NCBI RefSeq assembly: GCF_041146345.1
Contig: NW_027191408.1
Location: 806,001 to 870,000 of the forward strand
DNA length: 64,000 nt
From: Neodothiora populina
Lineage: Eukaryota
Reading direction: 5' to 3'
Within the stretch, counting starts at the first letter, position 1; the number at the start of each line of letters is the position of its first letter. Below are positions 1-12,590 of the stretch, in pieces. The notes beneath the pieces were generated by a model. That model was not told the origin of the DNA and did not search any database. It was given only the letters and a program-made list of their open reading frames with translations. The position numbers and the translations under genes are program-made.

Positions 1-649
1 GGAGCTGACGGTCGTCGGCACTCGGAGAGGTCGGAAAGTAGCGCCAAAGCATGCCCGCTTTCGCCAAACTTGATGTGGAATGATGAAGCATAGCGAATTG
101 ATACCCCAATGTTCAGAGCACGCAACCATAGATACACTCTTATAAGTCATAATAATAACACCACATTACATGCATAGACTGATAGGGGCTCCGCTGGTGA
201 GCATGTCAAATTCAACAACCCACCCTCTGGCGATCACAAGGTAGTACCTGCCAAGGCACTGGTCCAAGACCCATGCTTCCGCTGGCTTGTCAACGCAAGA
301 GTGAAGTAGCTGTCACCCCACATGAGACTCCCCCGCATTCGGGGCTCCGTTTGGCTAGAACCTCCGACCAGAGCACGTACAGTATGTGAGTACAGGCGTG
401 ATGGTACCGTTGTTAATAGTGGAGGGATAGCTTTGCTCAACTGGAGAGATAGCTTTTCTCAACAAGTTGCGAGGATCTTACGAGCCTCGCATAACAGCTT
501 GGAGCTCCCCTCTTCTTTCCTCGAGCCATTTCATACCTCTGTTCAGGTCAATTTGTCACACTTTTTCCTTTGCCCGCACCTTCCCGCTAGTCGTCAATAC
601 TTTCCCAGAGTGCCTCGTTACCTACCTTTGGGGTACTATAACAGCAAAG

Positions 650-3600
650 ATGGCTACACCTGCCTCTCCACGTCAACGCAGGCCGTCGACGAGTGCACCT
701 GTTGCCGAATTGGGCCCAATCGGTCCAGAGGGCATGACCAGGCCGAAGCACAAGCGAACTGTCACTGGTCTCAGTCCTGACGACAGAAAGAAAGTCGAGG
801 CAGAGATCCCCGACTCTCAAAAGGCTGCGTAAGTTTGTCCACTTGATTGAAGATGCTTCTGCATGACTGACCGTAACCTGTAGGTGGAAGAAACATGTAA
901 GTCTGCCGACTCTGCTGGGTCCTGGGACTGCTCACTGACTGCATCAATAGAGCGCACAAGGTTTCAAGACGAAGGAAGAGTTTGAGGTTCGAACACTGAT
1001 TCGTAGTGGTTTCCAACATATGAACTGATCCATTACAGAACGAGGCAGTCCGCCACATTGAGACGACCCTCGCCAGATCGCTGTACAACCTTGACGATGG
1101 GTGTGTTCTCCCCCGCCGCACTTCAGTTGCAATTTGACCTGACAACATCTAGGGCCGTGTACGGCGGAACTGCTCTGGCGTTCCGTGACCGCTTGGTCAT
1201 TGACTGGAACAAGACTCAGCAGAACCAGGCCAATGCTGATCAGAAGCGTGTTTACTGTATGTTATGTCTTTATTGCTGTTTAGCAGTCCTGTCTCTTACA
1301 GAGCCATCTAGACTTATCACTAGAGTTCCTCATGGGCCGTGCTCTCGACAATGCTATGCTGAACGTAGGACTCAAGAATGTCGCCAAAGGTTTGGATGTC
1401 CACGATACTACCTGGCTCGGCAATTACTGACAAAAAGTCACAGAGGGTTTGGCAGAACTCGGCTTCCGCATGGAAGACATCATCAGCCAGGAGCGAGACG
1501 CAGCACTCGGTAACGGTGGTCTCGGCCGTCTCGCAGCTTGCTTCCTCGACAGTCTTGCATCTCTCGACTATCCAGCCTGGGGATACGGACTCCGGTACCG
1601 TTACGGTATCTTCAAGCAAGAGATCGTGAACGGGTACCAAGTCGAGGTTCCCGACTACTGGCTTGACTTCAACCCTTGGGAGTTTCCCAGACACGATGTC
1701 ACGGTCGACATTCAGTTCTATGGAAACGTTCGTAAATACACTGATGATGACGGAAAACAAGTGTCCGTTTGGGAAAATGGCGAGATTGTCACTGCGACCG
1801 CGTTCGATGTGCCAATTCCTGGTTATAGCACCCCAACAACCAACAACCTCCGTTTGTGGTCGAGCAAGTCCTCGTCTGGCGAGTTCGATTTCCAGAAGTT
1901 CAACAGTGGCCAATACGAGGGCAGTGTTAACGACCAGCAGAGAGCCGAGACCATCTCTGCCGTGCTCTACCCCAACGACAACCTTGAGAGCGGTAAGGAA
2001 CTTCGTCTGAAGCAGCAGTACTTCTGGTGTGCCGCTTCCTTACACGACATTGTTCGCCGCTTCAAGAAGTCAAAGAAGGCGTGGAAGGAGTTCCCACAAA
2101 ACGTTGCAATCCAGCTCAACGACACTCACCCAACCCTCGCCATTCCTGAGCTTCAACGTATCCTCATCGATGAGGAAGGTCTTGACTGGGACACAGCCTG
2201 GAGCATTGTCGTCAACACCTTCGGCTACACAAACCACACTGTCATGTCGGAAGCTTTGGAGAAGTGGTCGGTACCTCTGGTCCAATCCCTCCTGCCCCGC
2301 CATCTTCAGATCATCTACGAGATCAATTTGCATTTCTTGCAATACGTAGAGCGAACCTTCCCCAAGGATCGTGATATGCTTCGACGTGTGTCCATCATCG
2401 AGGAAGGCGGTTCGAAGATGGTTCGCATGGCGTTCCTTGCGATCATCGGCTCTCACAAAGTCAACGGTGTTGCCGAGCTGCACTCTGTAAGTGCTAATAC
2501 GCTGCGCACTACTATGATAAATCGCTAACAATGTACAGGACTTGATCAAGACAACGATTTTCAAGGACTTCGTCAAAATCTATGGCGAGGACAAGTTCAC
2601 CAACGTCACCAACGGCATCACGCCTCGCCGCTGGCTGCACGAGGCCAACCCTCGTCTGTCCGAGCTGATTGCGTCCAAGTTGGGCGGCTATGAATTCCTC
2701 AAGGATCTCACTCTGTTGCACAAGATCGAAGCTTTCGCCGACGACAAGGCTTTCCGCAAGGAGTTCCAGGATATCAAGTACGCAAACAAAGTACGCCTTG
2801 CCAAGTACATCAAGGAGGTCAACGGTGTCTCGGTCAACCCCTCGTCGCTCTTTGATATTCAAGTCAAGCGTATACATGAGTACAAGAGGCAGCAACTCAA
2901 CATCTTTGGTGTGATTCACCGTTACTTGACCCTCAAGGCCATGTCGCCAGAGGAGCGCAAGAAGGTCCAGCCCAGGGTGTCAATATTTGGTGGCAAAGCA
3001 GCCCCTGGTTACTGGATGGCCAAGTGCATTATTCACCTCGTCAACGAGGTTGGTCGTGTTGTCAATAATGACGCTGATATCGGCGACGCACTGAAGGTCA
3101 TCTTTATCGAGGACTACAATGTCTCGAAGTGTGAGATCATCGCTCCAGCATCCGATATCAGTGAGCACATCTCCACCGCCGGCACTGAGGCCTCAGGTAC
3201 TTCGAACATGAAATTTGTGCTCAACGGTGGACTGATCATCGGAACCTGCGATGGTGCCAACATTGAGATCACCCGGGAAATTGGTGAGGACAACATTTTC
3301 CTCTTCGGAAACTTGGCCGAGGATGTTGAGGAGATCCGTCACCAGCACACATACCAGGGCGTCCTTCTCGACGAATCGCTTGAGAAGGTCTTTGATGCAA
3401 TCCACGGAGGCATGTTTGGCAACTCTGATGAGTTCAAGGCCTTGACCAACACTGTTATCAACAACGATCACTGGCTGACCTCCGCCGACTTTGCATCTTA
3501 CATCAAGACGCAAGATTCGATCGATGTCGTCTTCAAGAATCAAGAAGAGTGGCTGCGCAAGGCTATTGTGAGTGTCTCTCGCATGGGCTTCTTCTCCAGC

Positions 3601-3660
3601 GATCGTTGCATCGAGGAGTATGCCGAGGCCATCTGGAACGCCGAGCCTGTCAAGCCTTAG
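650..3660 (+). CDS. GPH1: Glycogen phosphorylase (8 exons)
   Basis: Spliced by hand with introns 829-883, 897-950, 987-1038, 1101-1152, 1257-1311, 1390-1443 and 2487-2538. Motifs: [47 protein letters not shown] and the PLP-binding [10 protein letters not shown]. The N-terminus has KRTVTG, resembling the regulatory phosphosite. Confidence 0.97.
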
Positions 3661-4679
3661 AGTGGTTGAGAAGCCTCAGAAGGCACACACGATGGTGATG
3701 ATGTGCATGGTATATCGTGATGCACTTGTCATGATAGTATGAGTTATACAGCAGCAGTAAATCATACATACTTTTGAAGTGTCAACCATTTTTCCCCGAC
3801 CATTCGTTTGCTCGTGCAACCTGTAGCATCCAATCCAGAGGTTGTGACTTTGAGCTGAATACACGGTGTTGGCCTGCAAGTGACCATATCAATGTGACAA
3901 GAATGACACGAGCAGAGACCTGACATTATCCGTGATCCATCGTGGGTACCTTGTACTCCCAAGTATAAACGGTTTCCACTCACGGCCTCGTGAAGAGAAA
4001 GGGGACAGGGTCGCCGTCCCCATGTCATGCCAACCCCTATTTCCGATGCGCGACGTACTCGTATAAAATGACTGTGGCCGAATCTTTCTTTTATCCATGC
4101 ATTGTCAAGATCAGTAAGTTAGCGAATCAGTGAATCAGTGAAGTAGTGGGAGGAAACAAGCAGGTCTCATGTTAAATATACAAACCCACTCATGACTCGT
4201 GGGTGCCCGGTTAGCAATATACACTACACTACGAGCATTTGAGTAATCACTTGCTCGTTACATGAAGCGAAACAACAAGATAAAAAAAAACAAGAACAGT
4301 GCAGTACGAAAAGTTCTGTATTGCAGTTGAAGTATGCTTGTGTTACTTGCTGTGTGCATATATCGATCGAAAGCGAAGAGGGCATGGTCGCGGAGTTTCT
4401 TGTGCTGTTGTTTATGGATTTCTAGGCTGGAGGGCTTTCTTCTGGCTTCCGTCTGGTCATGTGTTGGGGAAGGTGGCATCTAGTGTATAGTGTGTGTTAT
4501 ATTACATGTGTATGCTGGTACTTTCTAGCTAGATACGGTGTGGTCGGGTCTTGATTCTCATGAAAGAAGAAACCATCAGAGTACAGGGTATGAAGAGGGC
4601 CCCGTCTCTTATATCTTTACTTCTTGTTCATCTCGGAAAAGAACGGAAAAAGAGAAAAGAAAGAAAAAGAGTCTCCGGA

Positions 4680-5975
4680 TCAAGAAAGATTGATCTTCGT
4701 CCCATTACCCGGCAGCTTAGCCCTAAGCACAGCACCGGGATGAACTCTACCATCGACCCCAAAGTTCCAATCAGGCTGAAACGGCAGCTGGTTGATGTTC
4801 ATATAGATGTATCCGTCGGCGCCGACAGTGGCGCCATCAGGCCATAAGATCCTCGGATCCCGGACGAACGAGTGCGTCTGGCCGTCCGATGGGTCGAAGT
4901 AGTAGATCGCGTTGCTCGAGGGCATGCATTGGTAGATTTTGCCCGAGGTGTCGCCTTCGAACCCGTTTGCGTTGCCGCCGCGTTGGCCGTGCGACGAGAC
5001 GTTCGAGTGCGCCCAGAGATCTGCTAAGGGGTTCGAGTCTCGCTCGCGGAGATTGGCTGTCGGGACGCTGTAGAGAGTGTTGGTTGTCAGTGGGGAGTAG
5101 TAGATTGTTTTGCCGTCTGGGGAGATCTGTATTCCGTCGAGGCCTTCTTGTTGCCACTGAACTGGTTGACCAAGCTGGCGGAAGTAGAATGGGTTGCCGA
5201 AATAGGAGGGAACATCTTGGGGCCCGCGGAGCACGGAGGGGTCTTGACTTAATCGACGCCATGAGTCGCCTGTCCCAAGATCGAGCATGATGAAGCCTGG
5301 TCGGCCTTCGTTGGAGCTGTCGACTAGGTAGGCAATACCGTTACCACTTGTTCCTGTGACGTTTGGGCGGAGGTCGAAGCGGAGATCATTCAAGTATGAG
5401 TCCGGGTAGTGCACCGTCGACGGCAAAGTGTGAGTTTCGTAGATTGTGTCGTTACTCAAAGAGATGGCGATCAGCTTGGGCCCACCAGGTTGCGCATATG
5501 GCATGCTGGGGTTACCATCCGCATCATGAACCGTTGGGCGACCAGTATCAAGAACCCAGAGAGTCTCTGGTCTGTTGCCGTTGCGAGTTGCTGGTGTGAT
5601 GTAGAGAGCCTGTACGCTGACAAAAGCACTCGCATTACCACTGCCGAAAGCAATGCCATTCCACGTGACATTGAGCATATCAGGAGGCAAGTTCAATGCG
5701 GAAGATGGATATGGTCTCTCGGCAGTCTTGTTGACGACCTCGCCGAGAGTATATTCATAGTCTCCTCTGGTGTACGAGACAAAGAAGCGGCCGGTAGAAG
5801 ATATGGCAAGACCAATGGGCCATTGGTCTTGATAGTAATGAAACTCTTCTATCGCCGGACCGGTCGTCCCATTATCGATGCGAAGGGTAGTGTTCTGGGG
5901 AGTAGCATACGTGATGTTCTGGATCTGAGCTAGGGCTGAAGCAGCCAATGCTTGCAATATCAAAATTGACTTCAT
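4680..5975 (-). CDS. Secreted major royal jelly protein / yellow-like beta-propeller protein
   Basis: Intronless 431 aa ORF with a signal peptide (MKSILILQALAASALAQ). MRJP-type motifs include LWVLDTG, GPKLIAISL, SYLNDLRFD, DGIQISPDGKTIYYSPL and DPRILWPD. Many N-x-S/T sequons. Confidence 0.85.
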   Translation of the reverse strand: MKSILILQALAASALAQIQNITYATPQNTTLRIDNGTTGPAIEEFHYYQDQWPIGLAISSTGRFFVSYTRGDYEYTLGEVVNKTAERPYPSSALNLPPDMLNVTWNGIAFGSGNASAFVSVQALYITPATRNGNRPETLWVLDTGRPTVHDADGNPSMPYAQPGGPKLIAISLSNDTIYETHTLPSTVHYPDSYLNDLRFDLRPNVTGTSGNGIAYLVDSSNEGRPGFIMLDLGTGDSWRRLSQDPSVLRGPQDVPSYFGNPFYFRQLGQPVQWQQEGLDGIQISPDGKTIYYSPLTTNTLYSVPTANLRERDSNPLADLWAHSNVSSHGQRGGNANGFEGDTSGKIYQCMPSSNAIYYFDPSDGQTHSFVRDPRILWPDGATVGADGYIYMNINQLPFQPDWNFGVDGRVHPGAVLRAKLPGNGTKINLS

Positions 5976-6557
5976 ACTGTATCTACCGTGCCACCTTTGA
6001 GTATTTTTTGTGATAACAAAACCCTACTGGCAAAGCATCGATGCTGGGCATCTGAGATATAAGGACAATGGCGGCATCTCGAACAACAAGTGCGTCATTA
6101 CTGCGGTGATCCCAGCCGTTCCAAATCACAAACGGGAGACGTGTCTTGCATTGTGATGACCTTCTTCGGAAATGGAAAAGTAAGTGACGTGTTGAAGTAT
6201 GCAAAACTGCGGAGATGCACTGTGATGTTGCCATTGGAGCATGTCACTCCACACGCCAAGGTTTGAGATTCTTACATGATTATAAGCTTTCATTTGCCGA
6301 TCGACGCAGCGTGTGTATCGAATGTGTCCCGTCATAGCCGGAGTTGGAAAGTGGGGATGGAAGTGAGTGAAGCGTTACAACCAACCACAGGTTTACTGCG
6401 TTTGAAGTAAAGCACAATCCTGCAGTCGGCAATATACTGTGAGCGCTCTGTATTCACCAATGCTAAGACAGGCGATGAGAGATGTGAAACAACATATTTC
6501 GAACCTTGTATACGGAATTTTTTATCTGTTCGATTAAGATACACCAAAACTGCAATT

Positions 6558-7938
6558 TTACACCTGCTCGTTGACGAATAGTCCAGCCATTCCCATACCG
6601 GTACCAATGCACATACTGGTAAGCAGAATCTTCTTCTTCTGCCTCCTGCACTCACTCAATCCCGTGACAATCTGTCTTGCTCCAGTAGCTCCAAGCGGAT
6701 GCCCAAGAGCGATAGCACCTCCACGAGGGTTCATCTTCGCATGGTCAAGCTTCAAGGTATCCTTGCAATATACCGCCATGCTCGCAAAAGCTTCATTCAA
6801 CTCAATGACGTCAATGTCGTCGAGGGTGAGCTGGTACTTCGACAATAGCTTGGGAATAGCAATGCTGGGGCCGATACCCATGATTCTAGGTGCTAGTCCG
6901 GCAACGGTAGCACCGACATATTTGGCCACGATTGGTTGGTTCAACTCAAGGGCCTTTGATCGCTTCATCAACAACACTGCGGCTGCGCCGTCTGTGACCT
7001 GACTCGAGTTACCGCCGGTGCTGCGATCACCAAAGTCGGGGAAAGCAGGTCTGATCTTTGAGAGGCTCTCGAAAGTAGTACCGTGACGAGGACCTTCGTC
7101 CTGGGTGACTGTAACGCTCTTCTCCTCGCCCGTCTTCAGATCCTTGACTGTGACAGTAATGGGCGTGATTTCATCGGCGAACCAACCAGCCTTCTGTGCC
7201 ACCTCTGCTCTGCGGAAGGACTCGGCAGCGTATCTGTCCTGAGCTTCACGAGAGATGTTGAAGTCCTTGCCGACGTTCTCCGACGTCTGACCCATAGGCT
7301 GCAAGCAGTCGACAGCCTCTTGGCTAGCGCTCAAGACATCATCTGCAAAGGGGCGAGTGAGCCTGTCGCCGCCGTCTGACATGGACTCTGCGCCAATGGC
7401 GATGCCAATCTCAATTGCACCAGTCTGGATCTGAGCTGCGATATCTTGTGTGGCTTTCAAGCCAGAACTGCAGAAGCGATTCGTAGAGTAGGCAGCGGTC
7501 GTGTTGGGGAATCCTGCGGCAAGACATGCAGCACGAACATAATAGGCAGCCTTGGCGTCCGAGACATTTCCAAGGCAGATGTCCTCTACCATCTGCGGGT
7601 CAATCCTGGATTTCTGTGGACGAGTCAGCAGAGATACCAGTGGCGTGCATAGGACACAAGTGCTTACCCGCAAGACCTGCTCGAGTGTTTTGTACACCAG
7701 TGATTCGAGGTGAGTGTCCTTGAAGCCTCCCTTCCTCGCCTTTGTGAGTGGCGTGCGTATAGCGAGCGTAATCACAATATCATCCGGGTTCTGCTGGGTG
7801 CTATTCGAAGCATAACATCAGGACCTGGGGCATAATGCGGGGTAGTCTGGACATGAAGATGACTTACATTGTGTCCAGTGGGCTGCTCTTGCCAGGTGTG
7901 ATGTGGCGGAGCACGGAGCTAAGTCTTTCTGCAGCCAT
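6558..7938 (-). CDS. POT1: Peroxisomal 3-ketoacyl-CoA thiolase
   Basis: Exon 1 reads MAAERLSSVLRHI, a PTS2-like RLx5HI. Introns at 7801-7867 and 7614-7667. Thiolase motifs NRFCSSGL, NEAFA, GGAIALGHPLGATG and CIGTGMG. Confidence 0.93.
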
Positions 7939-8063
7939 TGTGTAGTCTTTGATTATCTCGAGAGCAAAAGGTGTGTGGTTGAGTGATTGCTTGTGGCCGA
8001 AGGGGCGATGAGGTTCAAGTATCATTCATGCGGAGGAAGTCATAAGCCCGCAGAGGAGCATCG

Positions 8064-8127
8064 CCGAGGCAGTCGGTGACTCTGAAGGTGCGTGCTTCAA
8101 CCTGGGGAAGGCAGCTCCGAGCCGAGG
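8064..8127. promoter_or_regulatory. Two CCGAGG (=CCTCGG) FarA/FarB-type fatty-acid response cores in the thiolase promoter
   Basis: CCGAGG at 8064-8069 and 8122-8127, within 200 bp upstream of the thiolase ATG. CCTCGG is the established FarA/FarB (CTF1) core upstream of beta-oxidation genes in filamentous ascomycetes. Confidence 0.55.
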
Positions 8128-8441
8128 CACGGAAGTCATCGCTGCCAAGCTCTTCTCTGTTCCTAAGCATCCAGTAATTATTGTATACCAAGGTACACGA
8201 CATACAGTAACTGTTGCATCCTCTAGAAAGTGAATTGTTCTGTACTGGTAGGCCTAAAATCGATTGGTTTCCTGCAGGTCGGCTCGGCATGCTATGCTCG
8301 GAGAGGAACATCCCAATCACACTTCGGATGGGATAATAAGTACTGTATACTTAAAAAGGCCGTGATATAATACATTTGGGGGTATCAATACATTGAAGTC
8401 ATGTCGTGCTGGTCTGGCGTCATGCGTGATCCGCCCAGACG

Positions 8442-9368
8442 TCAACGCTTCCTCTTTGCTCTGCCCTTTGGCGGCTTGCTGCGCGTCGACGCTCGCGATC
8501 TTCCCTTGGGCGCAGGCGTTCCGCTAGCAGTACTACCTGCTACGCTTTCCTCTGCGCTCTCCTCTGCCTCTTCTTCGTCTGGCGCGTCTTCCTCGGGGTC
8601 CACACTATCAGCCACCCGACTCGATCGCCGCGTTGCGGCCCCGGAAGCGCTCGCTCGTGAGACGGCTTTGGGTTTGCCTTTTGCAGAGCCTGCGGTGGCA
8701 GTGGCAGGCTTGGCACGTCTGGAGGGTGTAGGTTTTTCTTTGCTGAGCGCAAGGTCGAACGAAGGTGTGAACCTGACCGGCGGACTCTCTGCTCTGGCGG
8801 CCAGCTCTTCTACAGCGACCGAGCTGTCCTCCCTGTTGCTGTGGTCATCATCGTCGGTAGGAAATCGCTGTTTCCACATGAGCACTCCAAACTGGTCTTC
8901 CGGCAGCTCAAAGTCCTCCTCGACCATGCCTTCCTCGTCGTCGCCTTCTCCACCTAATTCGTCGACCTCGTCATCGTCATCCTCAGGGCTCCAGGGCAGC
9001 GCGTGGGCGTTTTCGCGCTCATCGAGAGCGTCCAGGTCATACAGAGTGCGTAATTTCGCCCATATGTTCGGGATGCGCGTGTGAGGCGCGCTGGGATGTA
9101 TGTAGCCGTTGGTGAGCAGATATTGCTGCAACGAGATTATGTGGAAATGCTTGTGTATGCCCGTGGGTTTCCACTTGATCAAGCCTTTGAAGAGGCCGAT
9201 TTCTTCCTCATCCGTCCACGGATCGGCAACAACCAGCGCGTCGAGCTCCGCTTGCGCATTGGCTTCTCCGTCCTCATGTGATGTTTCTGCAGGAGTCTCT
9301 TTCGATGCCGAGGGCGGAGGGATGGGCGACGCGGCGGCAGAGATGCGTGATCTCTTCTTGGGTGGCAT
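8442..9368 (-). CDS. EAF7: Chromatin modification-related protein Eaf7 (NuA4/TINTIN subunit, CT20 family)
   Basis: Starts MPPKKRSR at 9368. Conserved block WTDEEEIGLFKGLIKWKPTGIHKHF...HTRIPNIWAKLRTLYDLDALDERE...DFELP, followed by a basic low-complexity tail. Confidence 0.9.
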   Translation of the reverse strand: MPPKKRSRISAAASPIPPPSASKETPAETSHEDGEANAQAELDALVVADPWTDEEEIGLFKGLIKWKPTGIHKHFHIISLQQYLLTNGYIHPSAPHTRIPNIWAKLRTLYDLDALDERENAHALPWSPEDDDDEVDELGGEGDDEEGMVEEDFELPEDQFGVLMWKQRFPTDDDDHSNREDSSVAVEELAARAESPPVRFTPSFDLALSKEKPTPSRRAKPATATAGSAKGKPKAVSRASASGAATRRSSRVADSVDPEEDAPDEEEAEESAEESVAGSTASGTPAPKGRSRASTRSKPPKGRAKRKR

Positions 9369-10787
9369 GACTGTCCGTGGCGAGCGAGATGTGTGAGAAA
9401 GAGAGGGCTGAGCAAAAGCACAAGCTTCTCGACGCGTGTTTGTCGACTGCGCGGATCTGGCTTCCGTCACCCGGCTTGAGAGCAAGAGAGACAGAGCACT
9501 CTGGAAGTAATATGGCAATTCAGATGCCGCTGCAGGTAGACATATCACTGTTTCCGAGTCCGGAGATTACCACATGTATGGAGGTACTGGTAGTACCCTG
9601 GGTGAGACAGGAAAGAGGCAACTGCACGGTACTTTCTGGAGCCGGGGAGCTGTATCCTACTGTATTGTACCGTACTATACCTGGACAGAGTCAAATACCT
9701 TGGGTAAATAGAGCGAGCGGGTATCTGAACCTGATCATCTGCACTTCGCTGCTGATACAATTGAAAGTACAACAATCTGCGACATATGAACTTGGCGCCG
9801 GCCGCTCCCGCTGCGGCTAGATGTCCCGGGACCCTAATCTTCCGGCAACCATCTTGCTATGCCATGCCATACCTTATTTCCATAGTACCGTATCTACTTG
9901 TATCTTCCGATGCCGACACCATTCCATGCTCTGATCGATCAGCAGCCTCGAGCCTGGTGAAGATAAGCTGTGAGCTGTGAGAGTAGTCTTCATGCACCAT
10001 GTCAGCCCTAGTAAGCCGTGGTAGAAGATATAAGATCTGACCATGGCAAGTTGACGACGCGCTCGCGGCGAAGAAAGGTGGACGATTGTCAATGGGACAG
10101 TGCATACACACACTCACACACACCCCTCATGACATCTCACCCGTCTACATGCATCACGAAAGGCCGACCGCATCGAGACATATTGACAGCCAGACTTACA
10201 CGCATGAATCCTCCGCCGAGATTCCCCATGGTGATCTCACAGGCCGAGTCTGCACTCGGCCGGGTAAGAGCATGTCTGTCCACTGTGCGTGAACAGCTAT
10301 TGTCATCATTCCCATATCAATTGCCTCTCTGTCAAGCTTTCCTGTTCTGTCCACTAAACTCCGAACGCCGTGCCTCTCAACCTCTAACATATGTCTGTCA
10401 ACACCCGTGACTTGAGCGAAAGAAGAGAGAACACAAAAGGAAAGAAAAGTCACCTTATTACAACCTAGCAAGCCGCATGCTGCAAGATATCGTCAAATAT
10501 CTCGGTGCCCAAAAGAGACGAGACCGACCAGCCCAGAAGATCTACATCATGAACACTCATGCACACACAGCTCCCTGTCTCCCACATCTTCGTCCTCCTA
10601 TTCTTCCTTGGTATGGACCCAGCAACCAGGTTGAGCAGTAAGACAAACAAGACGTTCCCCAAGTACAGCATAGGGAGGAAGAACGATCGGCTGTGCAGCT
10701 AACGGGCGTGGTGCGTGGTCGGGCGGCCGGTCTCCTTTCCTCTGCGTTGCCTCTTTTTCTGACACATACAGCTGCATTGCAGCCCGA

Positions 10788-10819
10788 GCACAGCACAACA
10801 CAGCACCGCACAGCACAGC
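10788..10819. repeat. Imperfect (GCACA)n pentanucleotide repeat
   Basis: Sequence gcacagcacaacacagcaccgcacagcacagc. Confidence 0.7.
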
Positions 10820-12590
10820 GCTACAAAGCATAAAACGGCGGCATAGGCTTCCCGTGCGTGCATGCATACATAGCGTCATTCCGTCGTGTCTGTCGATTTA
10901 TGTACTGTACGTACAGTAGTATGCATGTATGTCCAGTGTATGTATGTATCTGTGTAAGTGAGTGAGATAAGGCAGAGTCAGATGCAGGTCCGGTGGTTTA
11001 CCGAGGCATACGGACGGGGCAACGATCATGCATCGGCCCAGAAGGTCTATAGCATTGTCAGGTAGTGAAGCAACACTGGGTGGTGTGAGTGATTGAGGCC
11101 GCACACTTTTCGACTCTCACACTTCAGTCTCAAACTTGTCTGCCTTTCATGACGAATAGACCGTCAGACAGATAGCACAGCACGCACTCCTCCTCCGGAA
11201 GCAGCACTACTGTACATGCACAGAAAAAGAAGAAGGAAAGAAGGAAAGGAAAACCAAAAATCCCCACAAGGCTCACATCTGGATCTTGGTTTGCAATTCA
11301 TTACTACTAAAGTTGCAGCTAACAGGGTAAGAGACACAAACTCTATAATATAAATATAAATCGTACATAAAATAGACACTTCCATCGGCAACAGACACAG
11401 TAGATCCATCTTTCAAAAGGGGCAATTGCATCGACTTGCCGGTTTGATCGTCGACCAGCCTATTTGCCGATCTGTGTGTATGCGGTATAGAGCCATCGAG
11501 GTCCAAAAGACGACGCGCATGTAATTACTGTAATTCCAATCCAAGTCGATCCGAGAGAGCGAAGAAAGGCTGGCTCGATCTGGGCTTCGTCTTGTCTGTC
11601 ATGAGGCGAAAAGTCCACGCAATCGAGGTCTAATGGGGCGATGAGAACCTTGGACTATGCGCATTCTTCTTCTTCGGATACTATGCCTTGGCTGCCTACC
11701 TAGCAAACAAGCAAACAAAACCACCGTTTCTCATGGGAGATATGGGGAGAATGACGTGTCTGTTCTCAATCAGGGGGATTGGAGAGAAAGGAATAAACGT
11801 AATCGTGGATTCAATTGGCTCTGTGACAGTTTGCACCGTCAGGTAGAGTATCGTGTTGTATCATGTCATCCGGACCTCGATCCGGGGCGTTGATTATCGT
11901 GACGGAAAAACATACATCGTGGCCAAGTCGGATGTTCCGGTAGCCCTAAGTAGATAGGAAAGAGAAAACCAACAACAGCAGCAGTGACAACAACTCCGGT
12001 GATACAATGATACTCCTCACCACCCTGCCCTTAATGCTCCTGTGTCCTTGCGGACGTATCCTTTTAAAATCTTCTAAGTAAAGAAGAGAAAACAGTACTC
12101 CCTCCGGATGTAGAGATGGCAAAAAAAAGATGTTACAGACCCAAAACGGATTTTTGTTGATTATTGCAGATTGTCCCCCCCGCTGGGCTGCCGGCTCCTG
12201 CTCTACACGAGACTTGCCGGCGGCCCTCTTGTGGATCGACAAATAAAGATAGTAAATCGAGGCATTATGCTTCCACCTGTCGCTCGATGACTCGGTGGAA
12301 CTGATGATTGGCGTCGATAGTGCCACGGTAGTGTATGCGCGAGTGCTGCGATAGATTGAGCGAGACCGTCGTACATGTAAACAAGGCGTGGCTAGAGTTC
12401 GGTTGATGTTATAGGTCTGGATGGCGCGACTTTGATTGGATTTTCGGATGATCGACGCTAGGATTCGTATGCAGCCACCTATGTTTTTGGGGTCAGCGTT
12501 CTCCGGTCGATTTCGCAATTTAGATGGACCAACCTATCACGGCTAATGGCATTGGTCTGACTACCCTTATGCCCGCCGGCCCAGGGTTGC

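Noticed and set aside
9690..9760. ATACC...TGAACCTGATC resembling part of a TPP riboswitch
   Set aside because: It lacks the downstream GATAAT..CAGCG.AGG segment and the paired stems, and there is no thiamine gene nearby.
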